64,000 nt of DNA, taken from positions 2,192,647 through 2,256,646 of the forward strand of contig BFEA01000002.1 in assembly GCA_003427395.1 (NCBI GenBank). The letters run 5' to 3'. This document shows, piece by piece, positions 1-12,565 of the stretch. Numbering within the stretch: position 1 is the stretch's first letter; each line of letters opens with the position of its first letter. The DNA comes from Chara braunii. Its lineage: Eukaryota > Plantae > Charophyceae. A program made the position numbers and the translations under genes. The notes under the pieces were generated by a model that was not told the DNA's origin, made no database searches, and was given only the letters and a program-made list of their open reading frames with translations.

Positions 1-248
1 TAGACTGAACTGTGCTCATGANTACTCTTGCCAGTACAAGCTGGTCAGACTATCCCTGAAAACTGACTGTCAAATTGACCGCAGGAAACTGATTGCTGAA
101 AAACTGATTGCTGAAATACTGATTGCTGAAAAACTAATTGCTGAGCTGATCACTAACAATAACAGATTGTTGATAATTGACCGCTGATTAAATNATTTCT
201 GAACGTCCAGATAAAGAGAGCAGCACCTATTCGGAGGCGAAATGCTCA

Positions 249-499
249 CTAACGGTTGCCAACAGTCCTCCTCGCCTCCTCAATAGTGCCCACAGAAGTT
301 ATGGTGACACATAGTCTGNCGTTCTTGTCATGTAAGTAGTATGTATACTCGATTTTTGTATGGTTTCTCATGAAGCCAGTGCGTGTCCCATCATCGTAAT
401 AGTTTGNTGATTGTACTCCTCAACTGCACTCNCCCTCCAGTCCTCTGTCACACCCTGACGCAGTGAACATGCCACCCTTATAATGCCACTGTCCCCCAT
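249..499 (-). pseudogene. Frameshifted paralog of the 1231-1491 ORF
   Basis: MGDSGIIRVACSLRQGVTEDWRxSAV... / frameshift / ...TGFMRNHTKIEYTYYLHDKNxRLCVTITSVGTIEEARRTVGNR*. Confidence 0.5.
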
Positions 500-1230
500 T
501 CTCTGCAGAGTTCTACTGCATCAACTTCCATTTCACGGGTCAGCACTCTGAGCCGAGTAAGGTCCGATTGCAGATCTGGCTGCCGGTCGAGCTACTGATT
601 TGTGACTAACAAAATTATTGGTTCAGTTGCAGTCGAGAGTAGTTGTTTTGGTTACCATTCTGGAGTGTTGCTCTAATCGAGGATCCCAGGTTGCTGGTTG
701 CTCGTTGCTGATAGCTGGTTGCTTTTCGATTGATGCTTCTAAAAGTGAAAACCGCCTTCTGACCGCAATTTCCTGCTGCCGTTATTGACTGTGGTTCCAG
801 ATTTGCAGGTCCGAATAGCCGACCGAATGATTGTTGACTGGGGGATTGTTGACTGAGCGACCGTTGATTAATTACCTGACTGAATAAAACCGAATACTGA
901 TCAAAATGTCAGTTAGAGCGCCAATCTGCGTGTTGATCCGATAATTGATAAAGGAACCGATTGACTGTTTGATCACGGTAAACTGACTAGCCCTTAATTT
1001 CTGAATGGTTAAATGATGAAATAAACGTAGATTTTATGTTGTCTAAGATCTGCCTTGAATGTTGTTTCTGAGTAAATTAATTGTTGCTTACAAATAAGTG
1101 TCTGTTGCTATTCAGATACCATACNACGACTGATTAAGTAACAATCAGACGTTGCTNAGCCATCAAACAAAGATCGCCTTACATGTGAATGCTNGAAACA
1201 CTTCTGGTAGCNAGGTAGTGCTTACGAACC

Positions 1231-1491
1231 TTATGGAGCCCTGACTTTCTCAACCCTTGCTCTGGCCTGTTCTGNTGTCTCGAGCGAAGAACCAATGTTA
1301 TGCAGTCGACCAGTATTATCGTGAAAATAAAAGACATATTCGATGTATTTCCTCCCATTAATCATACCAACTGCATATTCCCTTAGAATTGTCTTGTTGT
1401 GTTCCATACTTCGAATGGCTTCTGCCTCCCAACCATTGGATCTATCCCTGCTGACACTACTTTTCATCACAAGGACCTCTGTGTCCTTCAT
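1231..1491 (-). CDS. Hypothetical 86-aa protein with a paralog at 249-499
   Basis: Intact ORF. Its sequence (W21; IEYVFYFHDNTGRL...EQARARV) aligns by eye with the frameshifted ORF at 249-499. Confidence 0.45.
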   Translation of the reverse strand: MKDTEVLVMKSSVSRDRSNGWEAEAIRSMEHNKTILREYAVGMINGRKYIEYVFYFHDNTGRLHNIGSSLETXEQARARVEKVRAP

Positions 1492-4400
1492 AATTGTCCC
1501 CTCTGTCGTGGTTCGTGTCCTAGCAGGGCTTGGTAATGCGGTTATGCAATCCTCTGATCATACCCTGGTACAGTATACTCCCACTGTGACGGACTCTTCA
1601 CCTCTCTGTGGAACCGTGCTACCTGGTACAGGCACTGAGGACAACCTGTATGTGGCTAGTTTTGATACGCAGAGAACAGGCTCAATAGCTGGCAAGTAAG
1701 GATGTACCCTTGATGGTCATCTTAACCAGTAGGTCATTCATCAGTTATCTGTCAGGAATGAAGTGTTGTCGCTGAGGGTATCTCTGATGCCAATCGGCCA
1801 CTTTAACCTCACGAGCAAATCACGAGTTGCTATCGGTTGGACGCAGAGGTAGGGTTCAATCTGCTTAACTGGCGTTCGCTCCCGACTTAGTAGACACACA
1901 TAGTAACATAGGAAGAACACTTGTGTCCATACTTTCACTCAGTCTCATTCATCTACTCCAGAAAGGTCTTACGACNAAACTGATCATCCNTGCGATCTCA
2001 AAATAGGAAATGTTCCCAACACTTCCCTTCTGACCAAAGACAGATGCTCGCGGGGGTAGTAACTGATGACCGAGAGCTTCTCTTACACAGTAAATCTCNG
2101 CCCCTTCCATATAAAGGTCATTGTAAAAGCTGACTCTAATTAAACACTGCGAGTTGATTTTATGCTGAAAAGGTGGGGATTTGCAGTCCAGAGACGGTCT
2201 CAAATCTCATAAGACACTTGAGGGCAGGACCCGTCTAGCTATCCCTCATAACGTTTGCACGCACACCCACGTTATGCCTGAGCATATCGGCATTACTAAT
2301 ACTGAATGCCCCCCCCCCAAGCCGACAAATGGTTTGGGTCTGAATGATTCCAAGTCCTCACTTTCCGTCCTTTTAGTGTCCGGTTTGAAGAAAGAGTTTT
2401 GCTTCACTGTGAGATTACCCCAGTGCTCGGCTCGTGCAAGGTAAAAGGGGCTCAGTTACGTTGATTCACAATTTATTCACTTTCCGCCATCCCTCATCCT
2501 CGGCTACCCGTCAAGGGTCTGGGCGGAAGTTGTTTTGACGGATACCACCCTGAATTCTGCTATGCGCGGTCACTCAGCAGGCAACGCGCGGAGCACACTC
2601 TGATGCCCCAATACGNTTCCNCCAATGATACGACTGGTAATTACCCAACTAGAAGCCACGTCGCTATTGATTGTCTGGGGTTCGATTACATGCGGGGGTT
2701 GAACGCAATAAGATTGTGCTCTGACCGACTGCTAATCTGATTCGATTACCCAAAGGAGCTTCCGTTACGAACTCGTAAAGTCGCATGGGCTTCAACAGCT
2801 CTGCAAGATAAAAAGGACCCACTGCTGTAAACCCGACCATTCTAGGAGCCTAAGTATACTCTCACATCTGACAGGTTTCGATTCTCTGGATTTTTCCGAG
2901 ACGGACCAAATACAACCGGAGAACAAGAGGTGATGTCTCGCCAGAAGATGACGAGCTCATAAGCGGCTACAACTTAGCCAACTGGCACTCTGACAATGTC
3001 AAGGAGACACTAAATAACTACTCGTTCCCTTTTCCTTGTCTACCCTTTAGTCCCCATCCAGTAGAAATTTAGTGAGAAGGTAGGCAATTTTTCTTAAAAC
3101 AAACTTCGCTTTCCTCATTGATTTGACACAGACCCATCACTAGCAGGAGAACTTTTCCATACCTCATCAAATCGGTTCTGTGTGCTGATTCAAGAAAGAC
3201 CTTTCAGGCTCTTGGGCAAATCGCTCATCCTCAAGCACTCNAGAAGACGTGTGAATAAAANGANTAGCCCACAAATGTCAATTAGATAATTTTGCTTGCA
3301 TGTTAATCACGCCTTCCTTTATTGAGATTTATCTGTCAGTGAGACATCACTTCTCGCCAAACAACTAAGTAGCATAGTCTGATCACAGAGCNTCCATGAT
3401 AACCGGAGAAACGCAATGTATTTTTATTAATCCCTCAGATAAAAGGGGTATCGCAGTGATTGCTANANCCTCTATTCACGCCTTTCATCAGCAAGAACCC
3501 TCCAACCGAGAGCTTCGACCATACCACANTCGTCTATAGCAACTCGTCCATGGGATCACACAGAAAAGGCATTATAAGCGGTGGACCTGGATCTAATANC
3601 TTTCAATCCTAACTCTTCTTAAGAGTAGAGTCACCCCATCAGAATGAGAATGACCAGCCTGCATTTCGTTCATCAAGCAGTTGACANGCAGGACTAATCC
3701 CAGAACACGAGTTCCCCTTCCCGTCGTTTACCAGGGAGCTTTCTCAGTGCTCCGGGCTCACTTCGATATCCACGAAAGGTGTGACTCGCTCGCCCAGTCT
3801 GATTAGACTNCCTCACACATTGTCCGCTGAGTCCGAATAATCTTGGAAGACGATAGTAGAGTACGGATCGATACCAAGCCTGCCTCTTTCACAACCGTGG
3901 CCGACAAGAGGCTAGCAAGAAGGACGCTGAGACTCTTCGGAGGAGTGTAGCGCATGGCCGAGAAACGTCAGAAGAAGTGACGTCAACAGATAGGCACGTC
4001 GTGACCTCACAGAGGGTCCTAAACCCAAGTTCCATCACTCTCTAGTTCGTCGCATGTCGAAGCCNGGTTGACGTCAGCCTTTTCCGGCACACACAACACT
4101 CACCTCTCCCCTCCATGTGCATCCTCACGCTCTTGTCATATGACCTCANTCTATTNTTCTCGTCGTTGCGAAAAGAGCTCCCAGGCCGCACACATCTGCT
4201 CGCCTTCACATCCTACATACAGGGGTCAAGATGGACGCCGGCACTCTGAGCACCTTCCTTACAGTCACTAGCCCCGCTCATTACGCACCGCTNATTACGA
4301 CCCTTTTCCTCTGGCTCGTCCCACACTGTCTTGCAGTCTGCCTCCAGTGAAGGCGCTCTCTCTTTCTCATGACCGCGGTNGTTCAGCGCCCAGNGCACGC

Positions 4401-4731
4401 ACTACAGAGCCCCCTTGGTCTGGGAAGAGACACTCATGTCTGCTGACAAAGTAGCAAGAGAGCCTCTCAGCTAGCTGCACTAATTGGATGAATGACGTCA
4501 GCGAAAACNCATAGTCAGTTCTTGATCCTTACACATACTACGCACGCGTCNTATGCNAGCGCTGATCTCANCCTTTCTCACATTGCCCCTGNCCCTGTTA
4601 TGCTCGGCTCGTGCGTGTACGTAACAACCTCTCGACTCAATCACCACCCTTGTTCAACCTGACTCGCAAGCATACCCGCTCTCTGTGGTTTATCACACAC
4701 CGCAGTCCAGTTGACGTCAGCTTCTCACACC

Positions 4732-4809
<78 letters not shown>

Positions 4810-4889
4810 NNNNNNNNNNNNNNNNNNNNNNNNNNNNNNNNNNNNNNNNNNNNNCTGCCCTTCTTCCTGACTCCGTCGTACCTTCTTCC

Positions 4890-4927
4890 CTGTCTCTTAT
4901 ACACATCTAGATGTGTATAAGAGACAG
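4890..4927. other. Nextera mate-pair junction adapter (assembly artefact)
   Basis: Exact CTGTCTCTTATACACATCT+AGATGTGTATAAGAGACAG, i.e. two Tn5 mosaic ends back to back. The flank 4855-4889 is an exact copy of 12093-12127. Confidence 0.97.
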
Positions 4928-7900
4928 CTCGTTGACCACTCGCATCCCTCTCTATCAGATTGCAACCCATGTGGCGAGCGTACTGCTCACACCTCTCCAC
5001 TCCTCTCGTCAACAGTCTTCTTGCTCTCTCTGTCTTGCCACGTGCCGCCTGCCCGTATAGCGTCCCGTGCTTGCCATTCATTCTCTCTGTTGACCTCTGG
5101 TCGCCGCGCGCTCACACACGTCCTTTCCCTCTGCCTTGTTTTTCTCCCGTTCCGCGGCCTCTGGGCGTCTATTGACGAGAGCTGGCCTCGGGTCCTCCTT
5201 CCACTGGCTCTGCCGCCCGGTGGTACTTCTGGATCTCCCCTGGTCTGTTGCAGGACCTAAGATCCGTCTCTCGATCTGCGTCGCTCATTTCACTTTCCCC
5301 TCCTGAGTCCCTGTCCTGGTGGATCTGTTCCAGGTCTGCTGTGTCCATCGAAGTCTCTGTCTCGTGATAGGCCACCGTTATCCGTAGCCTTGCCGTCACT
5401 CCGTCCCGTCTGCAACATCTCTCAGCCCGCTCTCTTGCCTCCGAAATCGCGTCCTGTAACTTCGAGTTAGTCCGCATCTCGCCCTCTCTTGATCCCTCCA
5501 CGTTGATCTTCATCACCAGCTCATCTCCACCGTCATAATTGAGTATGACGGTAATCCAGGGCCCTTCCCCGGACACAGGTTTCCAGCGGGCCTGGTGATA
5601 CCAGTACCCGGGCCTGTACCCATGCAGTGCCATAGTCAGACTCAGTACTATGACNTCCACGNAACACTAAGCCGTCCACACGGAATAGTANACTAACANG
5701 CAATACACACGCANGCCTGTAGCTTGCTATAGCCGCAACCACCACCCAGCAAGCCTCAGTTTCCAGCACGCAGAGCACGCTGAGAGCGATCCTTTGTCCA
5801 GCACAGCACGTCCACAGCTCTAAGGTTGCCCCAGCAGAGCGCTACGATGAAACTCAAACCCCCAGAGCAGCAACTGTGCCTGGCATTCACGACGTGCCTA
5901 ACACTCGACTCCATCACTCTTTTATAGGCTTGTTGCCTGCCAGGGTCCCTGTGCTCTAAGCGGTAGGTTCTGCCAAGATCGTTTCCCGAAGGGTAAGGAC
6001 AAATTCAGAATTAGAAAGAAAATTAATTAACTCCCGAAGTTATTTCCAGTCTGGACCCTAACTGTCAGGCAGAGTTCCATTCTAGCACCGTTCACGATTA
6101 CTGCCAAAGACTCAGACCGTCGGTCCCATAACGGGATACCGATTGATGGTTCTTTCCCTTTAAAGCCTACAATTAGGACTACAGTATCCGGGTGCCTGCG
6201 TCTGATGGGAAGGAGGGGGCTTATGACCCTCCATGAAGGGGGTGATAAGCTTCCTACCAATGTGGCCGCAGGTCACCCTTCTTTTGAGGCCCGACCGCGC
6301 AACAGTCAGTCGGCGCACATTCTCAGATGGAATACCCCATCGCTCCAAATTCGGACCGTTGGCTCTCCTGTGAAGTGATAGGCTAAAAGGTAACCGAATC
6401 GGACAGACGAGCGAAAAGAAAACTAGCGAAAAGAAAACTAAGTAATAATAGAGGAAAGGAAAAGATGGCGTTTTGAAATTCCGCCGCGCAGCAGCCTTGC
6501 CCGATAGGCAATACGAGTCCACACATAAATCTAAAGCCTGACTTCCAATCTTTTCCCTCTCTTTCCCCCTTTTCTTATTTTTCTCTCTTCAGTCCTTTCT
6601 GTATCTGCCCCCTTAACCTGGCCACCGGGGTCTCGCCGCGAGGCTCGGAAGAACAGGTCTGGCGCAGGCGATATACAAGGGTCAGTAAAATCCAAACCAT
6701 AAGATCACAGATACGGTCCGAAAACCCGATTCGACGGCCCCTTATCCTACGAAATGACAGATCGACAGGCGGAAAACCGAAAATTGGAAATTTAATAATA
6801 ATAACAATAATAATAACAATAATAATAATAATAATAATAATGACGGCAATTCAAAATTGGAAAGGGAACCATAGCATCACAGCGGCCTGAGGCCACCAAA
6901 TTTCCCCATACATAGGAAAACGAGTTTTGATCTGACATCTTATTCTCCCCTTTTCGACAGCGATTGCACCTAACCCATAACTTGGCAGAAGGTCACTCGG
7001 CGCGCAGTAGAAAAGACTGCACCAGTCCTCTCACCTCCGCGTCCCAGGGCGAACCTGGCGGCTACCACGGCCACAGGCCGGTTGTGCTCTGCTGTACAGC
7101 AGGGCGCCGAGCCTGCGTGGACCAATGGAAAGCCCTGTGGCGCACCCTTTTGCTGAGGGCTACACTACCGGGGCTGGTCCGCGCCGAGGATAATCCAGGC
7201 ACCAGACGTAAACAGCACGAGATGAGCCTAGGGATCAGTCTGTCGCGGCAAGGGACTGGCACTGAGCGGGGAACTGGTACACAATGGAGGGCCGGGACAC
7301 CGTGCCCTCTGACACCGGTGCATACTAATCATGCCATACCTGCACCCGTCCAGAACTGTCTGGTATGGCTGGGTACGGTCGGGTCGGGTCGGGTCATGGC
7401 CACCCAATGTCAACCTCTGCCTTTCGGACATCTGCGGGACATCGTCCGACCACTGATGCAGGAGAATCGGATGGTGGCGAAATTGCGAGGAATTTATATT
7501 CTGAAGTGGTGTTTTTTTTTTTTTTTTNNNNNNNNNNNNNNNNNNNNNNNNNNNNNNNNNNNNNNNNNNNNNNNNNNNNNNNNNNNNNNNNNNNNNNNNN
7601 NNNNNNNNNNNNNNNNNNNNNNNNNNNNNNNNNNNNNNNNNNNNNNNNNNNNNNNNNNNNNNNNNNNNNNNNNNNNNNNNNNNNNNNNNNNNNNNNNNNN
7701 NNNNNNNNNNNNNNNNNNNNNNNNNNNNNNNNNNNNNNNNNNNNNNNNNNNNTTTTTTTTTTTTTCGTGCTTTTTCTTGCCAGTTCCCAAGAATGGGAGG
7801 AGGGAAAAGAAAATAGAAAGACTCATTTTGATTGGCAGCTCTTCAAAAAATTAAAAAAATCAAGTACTCGAAGGGCATGGTTTTGACCCCCTTCTTCTTC

Positions 7901-8372
7901 CCGGTCAATCGTAACCCCATCCAGTACTTGATTTTTCTCTCAAAATTTACGAACTGCACGCTTCAGCATGACAACCGTCAGAGAAGGGAGTCCCATCAGG
8001 CACACGAAGGGACTCCCTCGCGGTGGTACGCAAGACTGCAACAGTCACGTACTACTCTGTCCTGATTAGGTATTGGCTGGGTGGGGAGCAGGGGGAGGAG
8101 ACGGGAGGGTTAGTGGGACGACAACACTTTCAAAAGTCGGCCTCTTCCCATCTTCGAAAATGTGACGTCGCCACGACAGCATTTTCAAAAGTCAGCCTCC
8201 TTCCCATCTTGGAAAATGTGACGTCGTCACGTCGCCTTTTTTTTTTTTTTTTTTTTTTTTTTGGGTGAGGGAGGTAACATGCAGTATGAAGCAGTCCACT
8301 AGTCTGCAGCACCCGTCCTTAAAATTACTTTTCATCCTTTTCTTACAGTGCCGCACAGGTCATAATAGGCCA

Positions 8373-10330
8373 TGGGCCTGGCCGCACTACACTTGACTCT
8401 CGAAAACTTTCAAGCGTCGTTCGAGAGATGTCAGACTCTCAAAAAGTCATTTTTTGCCGCCGTCGCTGCACTACTCTTGACGGCCCCACTCTTGAAAAGT
8501 TTTGGAGAGCCTTACAGACAATCGAGAGTGTAGTGCAGCGACGGCGGCACGCTCGAAATCGCACTGCCGGCAGGACCTGGGACTTCCGCACTTCCACACT
8601 CCGACAGTAGGCCCACACGCGCGGTCTGTATAGAGGAAAGATGCGCCGCGTCAGCTGCACGATCGTGGGGATCCGTCGAATAGGCGGGGAGGCTGCGGGG
8701 ACGGCGGTGCCCAGCGCGCAGGTCGCATTTCTGGGCGCATCGTGCAGAGGGCAGTGCGGCATTTCAGAAGTGGTTGGCCTCGCTGCACTATTCTCCACAT
8801 CCACAAAAGACAAAAAATATGGCGGTGCATCTACCCACGTTCTAGCAGTAGATTCATTCTCGACGCCCAGTGAAATTTCTCGCTTTGCACATTTGGAGAG
8901 TAGTGCAGCGAGGCCCAAAACTCCCCCCCCCCACCTGCAGAGCTCCCCATGCTAGGCGCAACCCCGCTTGTGGTCCCGTCCGCAACTGGTCCGCCCCTTA
9001 CTACACGCCTTCCTGCTACTCTTGACGGGCGCTCAAACTTCAAGAAAACTGACACAACACTACCTGACAGCGCCAATCTGCTTTGTCGGCTGAGACCAGA
9101 GACCTACTCTCGAAAATGCTGGGCGTTTGAAGGGCCTCGGCGACCTCCCTTGAAAAGGAACTTGCTGCAGGCGGGAACTCCTAAAGCTTCAAGCGTTCGC
9201 CTAAAGCCTTTTTTTTTTTTTTTNTTTTTTTTTTTTNTTTTTTTTTTTTTAGTAAGGACAAGCTCCATCTATTGGTGGGGAGCAGCACCTGCTGGAAACC
9301 GGTAGATACAACTTTTCCGCACAGGTTGGCACAAAACTGGGAACCGGGCCCAGCGTCCCATCACAAATACATTCGGAAAATTCCATCAGAACTTGCATGA
9401 GAAAAAAACAGGAACTACTAGAAAAATCTAATTAGAACTATGTTTTTTGGTTTGAAATAGGACTTCAACTTTCCATCTCCCTTCGACGAGCCGACCTCCT
9501 CCACCACATAGGTCGAAGGGAGAGAAGAAAGTAATCAGTCCAGAAACAAATTCTGAACAAGTCTGAGAACAATTAGCTTCCTGCCTGCTATGCCTAGCAC
9601 CCCCCTGCTCTTCCTCATCTCCCGACGAGCCGACCTCCTCCACCACATAGTTCGGAAGATAAGAAACAGCAGACAATCAACCTCTCCAAAACCCCTATGG
9701 TTAAGAATGGACTTCAATTTTCCATCTCCCTTCGACGAGCCGACCTCCTCCACCACATAGTTCAAAGAGAGAGAAGATAATTGGAGTCCAATCAAAGAAT
9801 TGAGAATATGTCATCAGATCTTTTTTGAGGACGCCGTAAAAAGGATACGCTTTCATTGGTCACAGCTCAAACCAATCCCTACCCACTATACCTTGTCTCA
9901 TGCTGCCTCCACCGAGGAAAATCCCTCCGCCCCAACATAAAACAGATCCCCTCCCCTCCCACCACCACCTCCGCAACAGCAACCAATCCCCTCCTAGAGG
10001 CTGCCTTTGCCCACCCCTTGTCCCTATCTGCCCCCGCTGGGGTTGAAGGCGACCAACTCTCCAACCCCGGCCCCAGACTCAGACAATCCCCAATCTGCCC
10101 TACTCCCAATAGGGCTACTGCCTCCCACCATGCAGTTCGCCTAAAGCTGCGTTCTGACACCTCTTAAAAAAAAAAATCGAGAGCACGTTTCGAGAGTTAG
10201 TGCGGCTGTGACTCACTCTTGACGTTTTCGAGAGTGAATCTGACAGCTCCCGAAAACTTTCAAGGGCCGTCAAGTCAAGAGTTTATGCAGCGGTGATGCA
10301 AGTTTCAAGTGTAGTGCAGCAAGGCGCCAT
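8373..10330. mobile_element. Non-autonomous TIR element (GGGCCTCGCT[G/C]CACTAC family) with nested inserts
   Basis: Left end gggcctggccgcactacacttga and right end tcaagtgtagtgcagcaaggcgcc. Internal CTCTCGAAA/TTCGAGAG subrepeats, a nested family member at ~8775-8916, and a retroelement 3' end at ~9210-9360. Confidence 0.55.
9460..9760. repeat. Three copies of a ~40-50 bp unit (catctcccttcgacgagccgacctcctccaccacatag)
   Basis: Units at about 9460-9511, 9613-9650 and 9709-9760. Confidence 0.8.
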
Positions 10331-11454
10331 GAACCGTGCCCCATGGTAGACAATAGGGTCTTATCCCTGCCCCTCTGATGTCAATAATCAAAAGAAAAAA
10401 AAGGGAAAGGGAATTCTCTAGCAGGATGAGGGGGGGCTGAGTGCCACGGCGTCACGTTTTCATTTCTTGCCGTCCATCTCCACAATCTACGGGCAGAAAT
10501 GAAGGTTCTGCTGTGGGACCTACTAGTCCCGGTGACCATTCCCGCATGAGATTTTCAAGTATTTTCCAACAAGGCCACAGTGCGGCCGTGTGATTATCAG
10601 ATCGCATGGCAGGAACCCGTGCTCACTTGAAAGCAAGTCTGAAAGCCCCCGAGGGCCAAGACGACTACGCTTGAGGAGGCTGAGGCGTACACCAGAGCAT
10701 GTGTATTTGGACGGCGCGCGCAATTCAGTCGCCGCGACGCGATTGTTTGGCTGAGTCCATCGGACGGCTTAGGAGGCCATATTTATTCTTGACCGACCAG
10801 CAGGACGGCACGCAGCGAGACAGAGTCGCTCGTCCCCCGCGTGGTGATGCACGCGTGTCGCGTTGCTTCCTGTCTGGGTCTGCCAATCGCTGGTTGGGAC
10901 ACTCCGTCCTTGCGGAGCCAGCAGGGATTGCCTACCCGAAGAGCCAGGGCAGGGGAGGGCAGCCCAGGCCAGGGCGGAAAAAGCGGCAAGCCGGGGGCCC
11001 GGAGGGGCAGAAACAGTGCGGTCGCAAGGTGGCCCCAGCTATTGGACACATTTGCTGTTGCTGGCCCCAGCAAGCTCCTGGCAGCTGCTGGGCTTGCTGG
11101 GGCACAGCGGGCTTCGCGGGTGGTCCCAGTCCCAATATTGTGGTGTAGTGTACTGAGCATGTGCGCTTCCTCTCGCCGCGCGCTTTGCATCCTTCAGCGC
11201 GCGCCGTATTGGCGTTGAGGACAGCGACCAGCGGCAAGACCTGCGTGGGAATTCCGCCGTTGCCGCAGCTTATGGGCTGTCCACGGAAAATGACGATGGC
11301 GAAGCTGGGCTGAAAACGATGATGGCGGGAAGGTTGGACCAGCTGACTGATAGCATCGTCCGCTAGCCTCGTAGTGTGGTTAAGGAAGTGCCTGAGGAGT
11401 GAACACTCGAACGTACATTAGTTGTAGGTTGACGGCCGCATCTTACGGTCTCTC

Positions 11455-11978
11455 ATGGAGACCCGTGCGACGTGGTGGCTTCGTTGTCTTCTCTGTCCGT
11501 TATTGCCTTGTCCGATTGAGCCGGGCGCGATGGCGGCGCTTTGCTCTTTGCGCAGGAAGCGCCCGCCGCTGGATCCGCTTTGCATGGGAATGGCCGACGT
11601 CTTCATGGGGTTGTCCTCCCGCAGGTCCAGCGCAGACCTCCACGTGGAAGATAGGCGTGCATCCCCTATTCGTCAAGCAACCAGGGAGACTCTGCGGTCA
11701 TGGCCGTTGTCCACAGCGGGCTGTTTGGGAACCTCGGTTCTGCCGACTGTAGTGCTTCTTCTTCTTCTTTTTCATTCGGCGGTGTTTATGGCTGGAGTAC
11801 ACGCAGAGGCTGCAGCAGCGGCGGTCGACAAGTCGACGACGCTGGCCAGCGCTGCAACCTTGCCGCTGCGCTTTGGCCACAATAACCCCTTATGGCGATG
11901 CTCGGCGCCTAATCAGTGCAGGCGATGGCTTCGCGACGAAGCGCACATGCGTGTCTATGGCAGCGTGTTGACTTTAGG
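11455..11978 (+). CDS. Aspartic protease (pepsin-like, plant A1B family), exon 1: N-terminal extension, hydrophobic signal/anchor and propeptide
   Basis: ORF ends ...EAHMRVYGSVLTL-GG|gtgaga, resembling the 'ARMRLxDDLLxNG-YY' propeptide end of plant A1B proteases. It has a hydrophobic stretch VVLLLLLFHSAVFMAGVHA. The phase-2 donor (GG|gt) completes Gly with the first G of exon 2. The start codon is uncertain because several in-frame ATGs exist. Confidence 0.75.
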
Positions 11979-12152
11979 GTGAGAGCGGAATATTCCTCCT
12001 CCGATGAACCTCGCCCTTTTCCTTTCTCGAATCATACAGTATTTGCTTCCCTATTCTCCCTGCGCGTTTCCTATCCTCTGTTTGCTTGTTACCTGCCCTT
12101 CTTCCTGACTCCGTCGTACCTTCTTCCTCCCTCCCGCTTACCTTTTCCTCTT

Positions 12153-12532
12153 CATCATCATCCATGACATCAGTTTCTCCTCAACATTCTGGTGATGATC
12201 TTCCGAGGTAAATGAAAATCAGCCGCCGCCAGCATAACGGACGTTGATGAAGCGGCGGAGGAGAAGAGAATTGAAGAAGTGGAGAAGAGAAGCAGGAGGT
12301 GATGACGGAAGGGAGGAAGCTGAGGGGTTGCGGCAGGAGGAGGAACGTCAGGAGGCGGTTGATCTATCTGATGATCACTGGATGACGAAGGCATGGATGA
12401 CCGAATGACAGACTAAAAATCTCGACGAAGTGGATGTGTCACAGCTTCATCAACGTCCGTTTATGTTGGCGGCAGCGGATTTTCATTGACCTTGGGAGAT
12501 CTTTACCAGAATCTTGAGGAGAACTGATGACA

Positions 12533-12544
<12 letters not shown>
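12153..12544. repeat. Fold-back element with ~100-bp imperfect inverted arms
   Basis: 12153-12253 is the imperfect reverse complement of 12444-12544. The ends lie in (CAT)n/(GAT)n. Confidence 0.8.

Positions 12545-12565
<21 letters not shown>

Larger units (their letters stand above)
1..7500. mobile_element. Unclassified, probably high-copy repeat region carrying short minus-strand ORFs
   Basis: Scattered single Ns (collapsed or ambiguous consensus), degenerate CTGATTG-type repeats at 60-200, and paralogous small ORFs. No recognisable gag, pol or transposase motif. Confidence 0.35.

Noticed and set aside
1782-1793. tRNA-iMet primer-binding-site-like TGGCATCAGAG on the minus strand
   Set aside because: No adjacent LTR end or paired LTR could be identified, so it may be a chance match.
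4890-4927. Tn5/IS50 mosaic ends as a real bacterial transposon or horizontal transfer
   Set aside because: The back-to-back 19-bp ends are exactly the Nextera mate-pair junction adapter, no transposase is present, and two of the three copies sit next to gaps or microsatellites.
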